A DNA stretch of 64,000 nt from Octopus vulgaris (GCA_951406725.2 OX597839.1:20460001-20524000); one strand, 5' to 3'; counted from the first letter of the stretch, positions 28,231 through 42,359 are shown. The notes: a model not told the origin generated them from the sequence alone. A program made the numbers and translations.

Positions 28231-28351
28231 TTATGTATATATTTATGTATATATATATGTATATGTATATATATATGTATATGTATATATGTATATATAT
28301 GTATATCTTTATGTATATATGTATATATATGTATATCTTTATGTATATATG

Positions 28352-28382
<31 letters not shown>

Positions 28383-28408
28383 GTTATATATATATATATA
28401 TATGTGTG

Positions 28409-28453
<45 letters not shown>

Positions 28454-28747
28454 GTATGTATGTATGTATGTAACCATCTCTCTCTCGGTATTGGCTAAGT
28501 CACATGATACTTAAAGTGTTGAGTCTCGCTCGTTACTCCTACACAACCTATTTTTTTCAGCCAAATTAAGTATTCTACCACAGGGCAATTTTTCTCATTA
28601 CCTGTTAGAAGAGAAAGCTGTATAGCAGCGGAGGAAAGCGTTACACGGAGAAAGATTAGAAGAGCCGTGTGTGTGTGTTTGCATATGTGTCTAGGGCCTC
28701 TATCTCTCATTCCCTCTCTCATATGTGTGTGTGTATATATTTATACA

Positions 28748-28828
<81 letters not shown>

Positions 28829-29650
28829 ATACATATATATGTATATATATATATACATATGTATATACATATATATGTATATATATTATATATACATATG
28901 TATATACATATATATGTATATATATGTATATATATATATACATATGTATATACATATATATGTATATATATTGATATATATATATATATACATATGTATA
29001 TACATATATATGTATATATATTGATATATACATATGTATATACATATATATATATATTATATATGTATATATATATACATATGTATATACATATATATGT
29101 ATATATATGTATATATATGTATATATATATATGTATGTATATTGTATATATATATGTATATATATGTATATTGTATATGTATATATATATATGTATATAT
29201 ATGTATATATATATATACATATGTATATATATGTATATATATATATACATATGTATATATATGTATATATATGTATATATATATATACATATGTATATAC
29301 ATATATATGTATATATATGTATATATATATATATACATATGTATATACATATATATGTATATATATGTATATATATATACATATGTATATACATATATAT
29401 GTATATATATGTATATATATATACATATGTATATACATATATATGTATATATATGTATATATATATACATATGTATATACATATATATGTACATATATGT
29501 ATATATATATATATACATATGTATATACATATATATGTATATATATATATATATATACATATGTATATACATATATATGTACATATATATGTATATATAT
29601 ATATACATATGTATATACATATATATGTATATATACATATACACATACAC

Positions 29651-29717
<67 letters not shown>

Positions 29718-29720
29718 TGT
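27930..29720. repeat. Two long degenerate (TA)/(TATG)/(TACA) tracts around a unique island (28472-28666)
   Basis: Direct observation. Confidence 0.9.
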
Positions 29721-30927
29721 GTGTGTGAAGTACCCCTGTCTCTCTATCTGTCTCTCATATATATATATATGTGTGCGCTCAAGAAAAAACTGTGTGAGAG
29801 AGAGAGAGATGTATTACGTACATATGTTTATATAATGCGTTTGTGTTGCCGACTCGTGCATTTATAGGAAGAATTTTGTGTGTATACTGAAGGCTGACAT
29901 ACACACACACTCATATATGCACATATATGTATATGCACATACATATATATGGGGCTCTCTGTATATATTGATACATACACACTCGCATACAAATGAAAAA
30001 GAGACGTCTAAATATACATATAAATGTACAAGAATTCTTTTAAAAAGAACTCCATTCAGAACTGTACCAAATATGAGAAACCCAGAAGACTTTGCCGAAC
30101 AGCCTGTGCAAGTGTTAGGTTATCCGGAGATTAACCTCTGCGCTCGTCAGTTATTCTTAAGGGAACAAAAGTTGCTTCTGGTATGGTGTATTATTGCTTC
30201 AGCCGTTTATAGGGGTCTGCAATACACATTATTTGCTTTAAAACTTGCTACGACTTTACAAAGGGAAAAAGAAGAAAAAAAGATTCTCTGGGGTTCGGGG
30301 TTCGGGGTTCGGTGTTTGGGGTTTCTGGCTACAAAGTTGCGTCACGATACACCCGTTCCCTCGTTCTCTAACCCCTCGCTCCCACCCCCGCCCTTGATTG
30401 CATCACAACACAACAGCACCAACTTTGTTGGAACTGAAATACTTATCACCCTCATGTAAGGAGTGGAGATAAACATCATCATAAGCATCATCACCATCAT
30501 CAACGTCATCATCATCATCATCATCATCATCACTATCATCGTCATCATCACCATCACAATTATGATCATCATCACTATCACCATGATCATCATCATCATA
30601 ACTATCATCACCATCATCGTCATAACTATCATCACCAGCATCATCATCACCATCATCATCACTATCATCACCAGTATCGACATAGTCATCATCAGAATTA
30701 TCATGATTATCATCATCACCATCATCGTCATGTCGTCTTCATATCTATCATCACCATCATCGTCTTCGTCATTCTCATCATCATCATCATCATCCTTCGA
30801 CATGGTAGAGCAACCAATCCCAATCAGTTGTGCTATTCACCGTTTCGATCACTGAATACGAAACGTGGTTCGCGAGTCGACCGTTCCGTTGGCTTCTCAG
30901 GGGGTCACCGTCTCACTCGTGTAGGGT

Positions 30928-31071
30928 CAGCCATTTACAGCCGATTGGACTGGAACAACTCGAAATGAAGTGCTTTGCTCAAGAACACAATGTGCAACTT
31001 GGCCTGGGAATCGAACACCCGATCTAGTGATCGTAATTGCAGCACCCTTGCAAGTAGGCCATGCGCCTTCA
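30928..31071 (-). mobile_element. Old tRNA-derived SINE head with V/CORE-like domain
   Basis: Minus strand TGAAGGCGCATGGCC...GTTCGATTCCC...TTGTGTTCTTGAGCAAAGCACTTCA. Confidence 0.6.
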
Positions 31072-31169
31072 TTCATTTTGCTACCTTTATTGTCATAAAT
31101 TATGCACGGCCGTATAAGACGCATCCTTATTTCAGCAGCGCACATTCAGAACAGACGTTTTATAGATAA

Positions 31170-31672
31170 CTAGCAGCATAGTCCGGCGTTGCTCGGGTTT
31201 GTAAGGGAAATAACTATATAAGCATTTTTAGAGAGTTACTTCCCTTATAGATGCCAATTCGAGCTTTCTTTTGGTGTCTTCAAGCCATGAAGTCGTCGTT
31301 CTAAAAGAACGCTGGTCTCCTTGACAACGCTTTACGACGTTTATTTCCTTACACTCCCTTCCCCACAGCTTCACGAGGGAGGGAAGAAGGGGGAGAAGCA
31401 ACACAGGTGCAGGTGTTTGAGCGTGGACGCCAACTCCGCCGCCATCGACACACGAAAAATTATGCATTAAAATGGAATAAAAAATGATGTTAAATTATTT
31501 TTTAAATCGTAGACTCATCGTAGACGCGCGCTAATACCCAGACGGGCTCGATATGAATCACGACTATAAGATATCCGAATTTGGTTAAACTGCACCGCAA
31601 AATGTGGGAGTAGTTAGGAATCTAAATCGAAGGGGACAGACACTCACACAACTACAGTTTTATATATATAGA
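31170..31672 (-). mobile_element. Non-autonomous Helitron, complete
   Basis: Minus strand A|TCTATATATATAAAACTG ... CCCGAGCAACGCCGGACTATGCTGCTAG|T: 5' TC, 3' CTAG, subterminal GC hairpin, A/T insertion site, no TSD. Confidence 0.85.
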
Positions 31673-31808
31673 TTAAAGCTTATGGGAGGTCCAACGTCAT
31701 ATACAGGGCCCAGGGTGATTGTTTTTGGAGACTTTCTTTATAGAAATTGTTAATCTTATGTGCCATCAAATACGGTCTCCCACTGGAAACTATATATATA
31801 TATTTATA

Positions 31809-32150
31809 AGCGCAGGAATAGCTGTGTGGGGTAAGACGTTAGCTTCCCAACCACATGGTTCCGGGTTCAGTCTCACTGCGTGGCATCTTGAATCGGTGTC
31901 TTCTACTATATCCTCGGACCGACCAAAGCCTTGTGAGTGGATTTGGTAGACGGAAACTGAAAGAAGCCCGTCGTATATATGTATATATATGTATGTGTGT
32001 ATGTTTGCGTGCCTGTGTTTGTCCTCCCCCCCGCCAACATTCGCTTGACAACCGATGCCGGTGTGTTTAAGGCCTCTTAGCGGTTCGGCAAAAAGAGACC
32101 GATAGAATAAGTACTAGGCTTACAAAGAATAAGTCCTGGGTTACTCGTAG

Positions 32151-32202
<52 letters not shown>

Positions 32203-32320
32203 TATATTAATATTTATAATTTCAAATTTTTGCGACAAGGGCAGCTTGGGGTAGGGGATTAAATTGATTACATCGACCCCAGTGCGTAACTGATATTTCT
32301 TTAGGGGTCCTGGGGTCGAT
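31809..32320 (+). mobile_element. SINE-A interrupted near its tail by an inverted templated insert
   Basis: AATAAGTCCTGG [32139-32303 insert] GTCCTGGGGTCGAT. Confidence 0.8.
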
Positions 32321-32601
32321 GACAAACAAGTAAATGTATAAAAGAATACACACACACAACACCGTAAAGCTTAGAATGAACCTTTGTGTGTGTATAACGA
32401 CATACATACACGCATGCGTACATGAATACATGAAGTACCTTGACGCATACATAGATGCATGCATACACACACATTCGTATACACATACATAAACACATGC
32501 ACACATACATTCATGTGTACATGTATATATGCATACATACATGCATACATATATATATATGTATATATACATGCATACATATATATATATGTATATATAC
32601 A

Positions 32602-32833
32602 TATTTCTTTATTACCCACAAGGGGCTAAACACAGAGGGGACAAACAAGGACAGACAAAGGGATTAAGTCGATTACATCGACCTCCAGTGCGTAACTGGT
32701 ACTTAATTTATCGACCCCGAAAGGATGAAAGGCAAAGTCAACGTCGGTGGAATTTGAACTCAGAATGTAACGGCAGACGAAATACGGCCACACATTTCGC
32801 CCGGCGTGCTAACGATTCTGCCAGCTCGCCGCC
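32602..32833 (-). mobile_element. SINE-B monomer
   Basis: Reverse complement of 17701-17932. Confidence 0.9.
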
Positions 32834-33354
32834 CTATATATATATATATGTATATATACATACATGCATACATACATACGTACATGCATGCATACACACA
32901 TACATTCATATATGTATATACATGCACACATACATTCATGTATACATTTATATATGCATACGAGGACACACACTCATACACACATTTCGTCAGAGCATTT
33001 CACTGAAAACTGTACAGGAACCAATTTTTTCCAACCCCGTGTGCCACCCGTCACCCACCCTGTTCTTGTTTCTTGTTCGCGTCTGTTTCGTTAGTGCCCT
33101 GCAGACATTTCTGAATCTTTCAATTCCTCACGTGTTCGCCATTTTTCATTGTTTTTGTTTGTTTCTGGATTTTATTTATTTTTTTTTCTATGTCTCTACA
33201 ACTTTTTTGTTTGTATATTGGTTTATATTTTTTTTTGTATTTATTTTTAAAAAAATCTATTTTATATATTTTAGTTTCATGCAAGTACTACACACTTGTT
33301 TCGTTATTGATAATAATAACCATCGTCATCATCAGCATCATTGTTATTCTTTTC

Positions 33355-34000
33355 TAGATCGACCCCAGTACGCAACTGGTACTCAATTTATTGACCCCGG
33401 AAGAATGAAAGGCAAAGTCGTCGACCTTACATTGGCGGAATTTGAATTCAGAACGTATATACGGACGAAATGCCTCTAAGCATTTCGTCCGGTGTGCTAA
33501 CATTTCTGCCAGCTAACCGCCTCATTATTATTATTATTATTATTATTATTGTTATTAACGTGGCGAGCTGGCAGAGTCGTTAGCGCGCTGGGCGAAATGC
33601 TTTGCGGCATATCGTCCGTATTTACGTTGTAAGTTCAAATTCCGCCTAGGTCGACTTTGCCTTTTCATCGTTTCAGGGTCGCTTAAAGAAATACCAGTTA
33701 CGCACTGGTGTCGATGTAATCAATTTAATCCCCTACCCCAAGCGGCCCTTGTCGCAAAAATTTGAAATTATAAATATTAATATATCATTATTATTATTAT
33801 TATTATTATTATCCACGAGTAACCTTTCGAAGCGCCTCCCCCTATTGGGAATTTCAATTGTTATATTTTCGTTGTTATCTCTGGAATTTTTTCACGTTTT
33901 TTTGCAAACGGACAAAACCCTTTCTAACTTCCATCCTGTGTTTTGTCCCTTTATGTTTTAATTAATTTTTGCCAGCCCTTGTGGCCAATAAACGAATTAA

Positions 34001-34033
<33 letters not shown>

Positions 34034-34235
34034 TTACTATTAAGGCGGTGAGCTGGCAAAGTCGTAAGTACGCCGCATAAGAATGCTTAGCAGCATTTCG
34101 TCTGCCTTTTCGATCGTTGCCTTTCATCCCTTCGGGGTCGATAAAATAAGTACTTAGCCGAGCATTAGGATTGACGCAATCGACCAGGCCCTTACCCCCT
34201 AATTTCAAGCCATGTGCTTGTAGCCGAAAGATTTA
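33355..34235. mobile_element. Cluster of older SINE-B copies (- 33355-33522, + 33560-33770, + 34043-34235) among (TTA)n
   Basis: Recognisable heads and cores. Confidence 0.75.
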
Positions 34236-34524
34236 TCATTTTTATTTTTATATGATGAAAGCCTTCAGCTTATTCTGCTTGGTATGATGGAAGACATCAG
34301 CTGTCCACAGCCACCAGACTAAGGTGACACTTGTTCACTGGTCATGCTTCAAGAACCCTGCGGAGGACTCTTGAGGTTGCAAGCATTTATATACCTTCCA
34401 ATCTTTTTGTGCCACGTTGATAGTTGAGTGCTGATATTTTCCAAGCGTGCCAGTCACTATTAGTATCACGTCCACTCCCTTTACAGCTTTCGTATTTCTC
34501 ACTTCAAATCGTTATAGTTACCCT

Positions 34525-34915
34525 TTTTTACTTGTTTCAGTCATTTGACTGTGGCCATGCTGGAGCACCGCCTTTAGTCGAGCAAATCGACCCTAAGACT
34601 CATTCTTTGTAAGCCTAGCACTTATTCTATCGGTCTCTCATGCCGAATCGGTAAGTTACAGGGACGTAAACACAACAGCATCGGTTGTCAAGCGATTTTG
34701 CGGGGACAAACACAAACACAGACACAGACACACACACATATATTATGCATATATACGACGGGCTTCTTTCAGTTTCTGTCTACCAAAATCCACTCACAAG
34801 ACTTTGGTCGGCCTGAGGCTATAGTAGAAGACACTTGCCCAAGGTGCCACGCAATGAGACTGAACCCGGAACCATGTGGCTGGTAAGCAAGCTACTTACT
34901 ACACAGCCACTCCTG
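34525..34915 (-). mobile_element. SINE-A full length
   Basis: Reverse complement of the family sequence. Confidence 0.9.
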
Positions 34916-35465
34916 CTGTCTATTATTATTACTGTTGTTGTCTCTGATTTAGGCACAGGGCTAGGAAATTTCAGGGTTTGTGAACTTAAGCGACATCATC
35001 GACCCAAGTATTTCACTGGTATATTATTTTATCGACTCCAGATGGATGAAAAGAAAAACTGACCTCTGCAGAATTCACCTTCGCCTTTTACACCACTGGA
35101 GGGTCGATAAATAAAGTACCAGTCAAATACTTAATATCAATGACTTTGTGCTTAAATAAAACGTGTTATTGTTAAGAGTACCTGACTTTCAATCAACTTT
35201 TTGTCCAGATTCCCTGTTTTTCCACTCTTTCGCGTGCTTTGATGGTTTGATTTTTGCTGTTTTCAAAACATCAACGTTTCAATAAAAAAAAAACAAGATG
35301 GAGTCAAGTGATGTGATAATAATAATGTTCAACGCTAAAAATCAAGGGAGTGAGGGAGAAAGCAAGAGCCTAACGGTGAAAGTAAGAGAGAGAGAGAGAG
35401 GTTTCGTTCAGAATGTTCAACTAGCGTTCAAGATACACGTTGCACTTGAAATTGATAGCGATGTC

Positions 35466-35479
35466 GTTGTCATGGCGAC
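35466..35479. promoter_or_regulatory. RFX X-box-like motif
   Basis: GTTGTCATGGCGAC in non-repeat sequence; motif match only. Confidence 0.3.
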
Positions 35480-35795
35480 AAACACACACAGACACACACA
35501 CCCCCACACACAGAAAAAAAGTAAAAACACTGCCTGAAACCGATATAAGCAAAAATAACAACAATTAGGGCGACGTTAACAAAATCAATATAACCACCAC
35601 CAGACAGCCGTAGCAACAAGAACAACACGGCGAACAGGATATACATACAATACGACAACAATGACATTCAGCAACTGTATAGCGAAACCGAAGAAAACCC
35701 CCCACCGCCTCCGTAGCCACCATTTCCGCCAGTTCTCCACACCATCTTAGGTAGACGTTGCCACTATCGCATTCACTTTGGTTTACGCTTTACTC

Positions 35796-36238
35796 GGATC
35801 TTTTCGGTTTGAACGGCAGTTTTTTCTAGCGGTGTCATATGAAATTGTCACCCATAATTATGACCCTAGTATCGATGTATTGCATTTCAATCTGTTTTAG
35901 GTTTAGGGTTAGTGTTAGGGTTGGTTAGGGTTAGGGGTGGGGAGAAGGGTATCTTTTTTTTTCTTCACAAATGTAAATAAACCCAATCTGTTTCTTAAAC
36001 GAGGGACATATTCATACGGCACAGAGTGTTATTTACTTCAATAGACGTCAGTGATTGGTTGAAATTTGAGAAATTGAAGGAAAAAAAACTACAAATATCT
36101 TACAAACTATAGAATTTTCTCAATAAAGCCAAGAGAAAAAGATGTTTTATAAAAACATTCTACCTGTATACGAAGTTTAAAAGTGTTTAGTTACGTGGAA
36201 ATTATTTTAAGAAACTGCCGGTCAAACCGAAAAGATCC
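35796..36238 (+). mobile_element. Non-autonomous TIR element (MITE) with internal TTAGGG-like repeats
   Basis: TIRs GGATCTTTTCGGTTTGAACGGCAGTTT / AAACTGCCGGTCAAACCGAAAAGATCC; flanking CTTTACTC at 35788-35795 and 36239-36246; second copy at 48699. Confidence 0.88.
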
Positions 36239-36246
36239 CTTTACTC

Positions 36247-36606
36247 CTTTACTTGTTTCAGTCATTTGACTGTGGCCGTGCTGGAGCACCGCCTTTAGTC
36301 GATCGAGCAAATCGACCCCAGGAATTATTCTTTGTAAGCCTAATACTTATTCTGTCGGTCTCTCTTTTGCCGAACCGCTAAGTTACGGGGAAGTAATTAC
36401 ACCAGCATCGGTTGTCAATCGATGTTGGCGGGACAAACACAAACACACACACACACACATATATATACATACGACGGGTTTCTTTCAGTTTCCGTGTACA
36501 AAATCCACTCACAAGGCTTTGGTAGAAGACACTTGCCCAAGGTGCCACGCAGTGGGACTGAACCCGGGACCATGTGCTTGGGAAGCAAGCTACTTACCAC
36601 ACAGCC
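36247..36606 (-). mobile_element. SINE-A (small internal deletion)
   Basis: Reverse complement of the family sequence; an older plus-strand tail follows at about 36690-36885. Confidence 0.85.
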
Positions 36607-37336
36607 ATACCAGCAACAACACATCCATACACACACACTCACTCACACATATATATATAATGTCTGTATTTGTAAAATGCTCACACATAGATGTATGAGT
36701 GTCTGTTTGTCCCCCGTAAATGCTTAACAACTGGTATTGGTTTGTTTACATCCCCATAATTTAGATGCTCAGTAAACGAGACCGATAGAACAAAAATAAA
36801 CACTCGGGCAGACTTGTTCGACTAAAAACCTACCAAGACGGTGCTCCAGCATGGCCGCAGTGAAATGACTAAAGCCAGTAAAAGATGTATTTGTGTGCGT
36901 GTGTGTCTGGGTTATACATAACCTAGATACAAATCTCTGTACATTCTATCCTTTATTTCCTTCTATTTCTTACCTGTTAAAAACTTCCATTTTGTCCCCC
37001 TCCCCTCTCTCACACTGTTCCTCTCACACTCCTTTACAGTCTCTCATTTGCTCTCCTCCTCTTATGACTAACTGTCTCATATTTCCTTGCACTCTCCTTT
37101 TCTCATTCTTTTTGCACTCTCCACCTGATTTTCAATTTATTAAATACCCAGTTTCCCAAATATATTAAAAACTTTCGAGGAGAAATAATTAGATTTAATG
37201 GAGATTCCCTTTTATTCTTCATTTTTTGTCATCGTTATTATTAAAACGTTACATATTTGCACACGTGTTCCGGTGAACCTACGCACAAGCAGAACCACAC
37301 AACACCGACGTATACATACATACATTTATTTATATA

Positions 37337-38205
37337 TTGCGTCATCCCATAAATAATGCGGTATTTTTATACTTCTATAATTTTTCAAAATTAAGATTGG
37401 CAACTTGGGCAAGTGACTTCTACTAAAGCCTCGGGCCGACCAAAGCCTTGTGAGTGGATTTGGTAGACGGAAACTCAAAGAAGCCCGTCGTATATATATA
37501 TATATATATATGTTTGTGTGTCTGTGTTTGTCCCCCCAACATCGCTTGACAACCGATGCTGTTGTGTTTACGTCTCCGTAACATAGCGGTTCGGCAAAAG
37601 TGTTCGATAGAATAAGTACTAGGCTTACAAAGAAAGAGTGATGGGGTCGATTCGCTCGACTAAAGGCGGTGCTCCAGCATGACCGCAGTCAAATGACTGA
37701 AACAAGTAAAAGAGTAAAGAGTATATAGTTCTTTTTTAATCTTAAATATACTCTCCTTCATTTTCTACAATGCTCTTCCATCCATCTGGTATACTTTGCA
37801 AGGCCCTTCTTCCAAAATTCACTTGTCCGTGACGAAAAATTCTCCTCCAGTACTGTTCTGATCTCATCTACAGAATTCATATTTCTCCTGTCCAAATGAT
37901 TTTGAAGACTGCGGAATAAATGATAATCAGATGGGGCAATGTCTGCCAAATATGGTGGATGGGTATCGTTACCCATTCAAACTGCTCCAGCCTTTGGAAT
38001 GTGATCCTTGCTGTATGTGACCGGGCATTATCCTGTTGGAAGAACACCTTTCGTTTTGAAGCTAAAAGCAAAAATGGCCGTTCTTCTAGAGCCGGTGTCT
38101 ATGAATAGTTGAATGACCAAATACAAGCTTCTCTGCTAGTTCCTCAACAGATGCAATTCGATTCTGTTCCACCAAGGTTTGCAAGACGTCCTCGTCGAGA
38201 CCAAC
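37337..38205 (-). pseudogene. Mariner transposon remnant (deleted, frameshifted transposase; one TIR)
   Basis: Minus frames give LDEDVLQTLVEQNRIASVEELAEKL..HSTIHRH (HTH), FFQQDNARSH and HPPYLADIAPSDYHLFRSLQNHL (YSPDLAPSD motif). TA|TTGCGTCATCCCATAAATAATGCGG TIR at 37337. SINE-A inserted at 37399-37722. Confidence 0.9.
37399..37722 (+). mobile_element. SINE-A, 5'-truncated, nested in mariner
   Basis: Starts at GGCAACTTGGGCAAGTG; full tail. Confidence 0.9.
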
Positions 38206-38218
38206 AGATAAGCACGAG

Positions 38219-38306
38219 GCCCACTTGCACGTTAATTTCACGAGCAGGCTGTTCCGTTGATCGGATCAACTAGCACCCACGTCGTCATAACCGACGGAGT
38301 GCCACG
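38219..38306 (+). mobile_element. SINE-C 3' tail
   Basis: Matches 1963-2048. Confidence 0.85.
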
Positions 38307-38397
38307 ATATATATATATATATATATATATATGATATATATGAGAAATTAAAAAAGGAAAATACGCACACTTACATAGTTTTAATATAATTTTTAAT

Positions 38398-38432
38398 ATA
38401 TCGACCGGTTTCGCTATCGCTATTCATGATAT
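38398..38432 (-). ncRNA. Minimal hammerhead motif, A3-U8 variant
   Basis: Minus strand ATATC-ATGAATA-GC(GATA)GC-GAAA-CCGG-TC-GATAT; perfect 5-bp stem I, palindromic ACCGGT stem III. Confidence 0.5.
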
Positions 38433-38548
38433 TATGTTTTACTTATTTGAATATATATTTTTTCTTAAGAAGAAATTTCGTCCATGTTGTGTGTGATGCA
38501 ATTCACGAGTGTATATATATACATGTTGTGTGTGATGCAATTCACGAG

Positions 38549-38580
<32 letters not shown>

Positions 38581-38870
38581 CATACTGCATGTAACTTACA
38601 AGTCATGCAATATCCACGTTTGACAGAATACCATTTTTAATTCCTACAGGAAGAAAACTGCGTGGCTTACATAGTATATTTTTTTTAAAATTGTTATCTG
38701 TTTAGCGTAGTTGCAGTTTATAATATTCTAATTAAAATCCGAAGGCCAAAGCTTCACCAGAAATTTATAATGAATATACAGATTGCTGGAGAACCAAACA
38801 GAAACATGTGTGAGTCTGTATATATGTTGCTTATATTTATATATTTGATGTGTGCGTGTATATGAATGTA

Positions 38871-38923
<53 letters not shown>

Positions 38924-39117
38924 TATATACATAAGACAGACAGACCGATAGATAGATAGATAGATGTTCATAAATATATGTGTACGTGGGTATATTAAAA
39001 CACATACTTATTAAGATAGATGGGTAGATATACACATATGTATACATAAATACATTTAAGCCACACAGACTACATATGTACGATATATATATATATATCC
39101 ATGCATATATACATGCT

Positions 39118-39162
<45 letters not shown>

Positions 39163-39179
39163 ATGCATATATACATGCT

Positions 39180-39219
<40 letters not shown>

Positions 39220-39981
39220 CACACACAGACGCATATATACATTTATATTCCTGCTTTCATAAATTGCTCAAGGTATTATTTCCGAACAGGCCTACACGTC
39301 ATTAAATATCGGAACATATTAAATCCTGTTATATAATATAATAGTATATCATTATTTTATATTATAGCATCTGATATCATATTACATTATATTATGTGAT
39401 TTTTAATTTTATTTTCACAAATGATATCTATTTTTTAAAATAAATTTTTATTATTGTCTTTTTGCAATATTATTATGCTTATCTTGTGTTTCACATTTAA
39501 TAATTATTAAGTGATATACATGTATATATGTGTGTATATATACATGTATGTATGTATGTATGTATGTATGTATGTAGGAAGGTAGGTCGGTATACACATG
39601 TACCTTCGTCTATGTCGGTGTGTGTGTGTGTGTGTATATATACATGTATGTATGTATGTATGTATGTATGTATGTATGTAGGAAGGTAGGTCGGTATACA
39701 CGTGTTCCTTCGTCGATGTCGGTGTGTGTGTGTGTATATATACATGTATGTATGTATGTAATATATGTCTGTATGTATGTATGTTATATATGTCTGTATG
39801 TATGTATGTAGATATGTAATGTATACATATATACCTTCAGCTATGTCGGTATATGTGTGTGTGTGTGTGTGTATATATCTAAAATTTTGAAATTTATATC
39901 CTCTATGCATAATTCACACATACACACATAATCACACGCGGTCACATACCATGTATGTGTCTGTATTCATGAGTATGTATG

Positions 39982-40012
<31 letters not shown>

Positions 40013-40056
40013 CATATATATATATATACACATACATACATACACATGTATGTATG

Positions 40057-40103
<47 letters not shown>

Positions 40104-40209
40104 GTCTGTGTATGCAGGTGCGCTCATCTTTATTTGTGTGTATTCACATACAGATAAGCGAGTGCGTATATATATATATATATATATATATAAATATATG
40201 TACACAAAA

Positions 40210-40495
40210 ATGGTGTCTTTATACAAATTTATCAATTTGCAGGTTTATTGCCAATTTGTTTTATATCTGAGACGTGATTTAATACTGATTTTTAAGTTAA
40301 TGTTGAAGATCTTTATTTTTCTTGCAACGTATTTACTGCATTTCTCTGTTGTTAAGAAACTCGACTTGCACCCAAGAGGTATCGGGTTCAGTCCCACTGT
40401 GCGACATTTTGACAAATGTCTTCTATTACAGCCCCCTACTACAGTCCCTTGTCAGTTGATTTTCTTGATGTGAACTGAAAGCAACCCATTTTGTA

Positions 40496-40538
<43 letters not shown>

Positions 40539-41703
40539 GTGTGTGTGTGTTTGTTCCACCTCCCGCTTTTTGATTGGCGTTGACTCTAAAGGTTCAACTT
40601 GGTCATGAATTGTAGTCCAGAATTAACCTCAGATTATTAAGATTGAGAGCACCTTTGGAGTTCCAATTACTTTATACATTTATTAAATATATAATTCAGT
40701 TGATTGTAACTGTATGGTCATCGTCGAATGTGTTTGTATATATCTATCAGCGTACGGATGGAATTTTTCGTTCTGCACCTAATATAGGTCTCCGTCGGTT
40801 TCGACGATGACCATACAGTTACAATCAACTGAATTATATATTTAATGAATGTATAAAGTAACTGGAACTCCAAAGGTGCTCTCAATCTTAATAATCTGAG
40901 GTTAATTCTGGACTACAACTCATGACCAAGTTGAACCTTTAGATTGCGGGTACAAAAAAAAAATGATTATACGCCATTTGTCTACACAATATCGCTGGAA
41001 GTGCTCGTGTTGGTCCGACTTTATGGTAAAAGATATTTGCTTAAGATGCCATGCAACAAGATCTAAGCTCTGAGCATGTAATTGCCGACGGATTCCCGCT
41101 TCGTGGCTGTGCGGTAAGTAACTTACATGGTCCCTTTCCTTACATGGTCCCTTTCCTGTGCAGTGATTTTCTTCAATTTAAAAAAGGCCCAAGCACAAGG
41201 ATCCCTTGATGTTTTGACATCTCTATTATGACTTACATACAATGACTGTCCGTGGCTGAAAAAAAATCCAAAACATTCCTTGATGAAATGAAGACATGTT
41301 TCAGGTGCGACGCAGTGGGACTGAACCCAGAACCATGTGGATGGAAAGCAAGCTTCTTACCACAGAACCACGCCATATGGAATTAGATCCACCATTGAAG
41401 TTGACGATTCAATAGCAATTTGAACCCTTATTGAAATATGTTGCGCTGTCAGTGTAGGAAATATTTGGTACCACTAGATTATCAGAAATATCTTCTATCT
41501 ATAACTGGCTTCAGTCATTGAACTGCGGCCATGGTGGGGCATTGCCTTGATGATTTATAGTGAGACGGATTGACTCCATTAGTCAGGTTTCAAGCCCGAT
41601 AATTATTGAATCGGTTGTTTTGCCGAACCGCTAGCTTAGGAGGATGTAAACAAACCAAGTGAACGCCAATCAAAAAGCGGGAGGTGGAACAAACACAGAC
41701 ACA

Positions 41704-41759
<56 letters not shown>

Positions 41760-42039
41760 ATGGGTTGCTTTCAGTTCACATCAAGAAAATCAACTGACAA
41801 GGGGCTGTAGTAGGGGGCTGTAATAGAAGACATTTGTCAAAATGTCGCACAGTGGGACTGAACACGATACCTCTTGGGTGCAAGTCGAGTTTCTTAACCA
41901 CAGAGCAATTCAGTAAATACGTTGTAAGAAAAATAAAGATCTTCAACATTAACTTAAAAATCAGTATTAAATCACGTCTCGGATATAAAACAAATTGGCA
42001 ATAAACCTGCAAATTGATAAATTTGTATAAAGACACCAT
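40210..42039. repeat. Nested inverted duplication (outer arms 40210-40581/41662-42039; inner arms 40585-40728/40800-40943)
   Basis: Inner arms are 144 bp with 3 mismatches counted by eye. Outer arms are highly similar and include a degenerate SINE-A. Confidence 0.93.
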
Positions 42040-42222
42040 ATATATATGTATGTGTGTGTGTGTATGTATATACTACATATTTGTATGTATGTGTGTGTAT
42101 GTATGTATATATATATATATATATAGATAGATAGATATGTAAATATATATTTGTATGTGTGTATATATATATATGCATGTATGTGTATATAAATACTATA
42201 TATTTGAATGTGTGTGTGTATG

Positions 42223-42269
<47 letters not shown>

Positions 42270-42313
42270 GTCTGTGTGTACGTACCTACATTTCTCCCTA
42301 TCTCTCTTTTGAT

Positions 42314-42359
<46 letters not shown>

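Noticed and set aside
30342-30855. Asp/Met/Ile-rich ORFs
   Set aside because: Imperfect (ATC)n tract.
35897-35937. Telomere or chromosome-fusion relic
   Set aside because: Short degenerate tract internal to a TIR element that is present twice.
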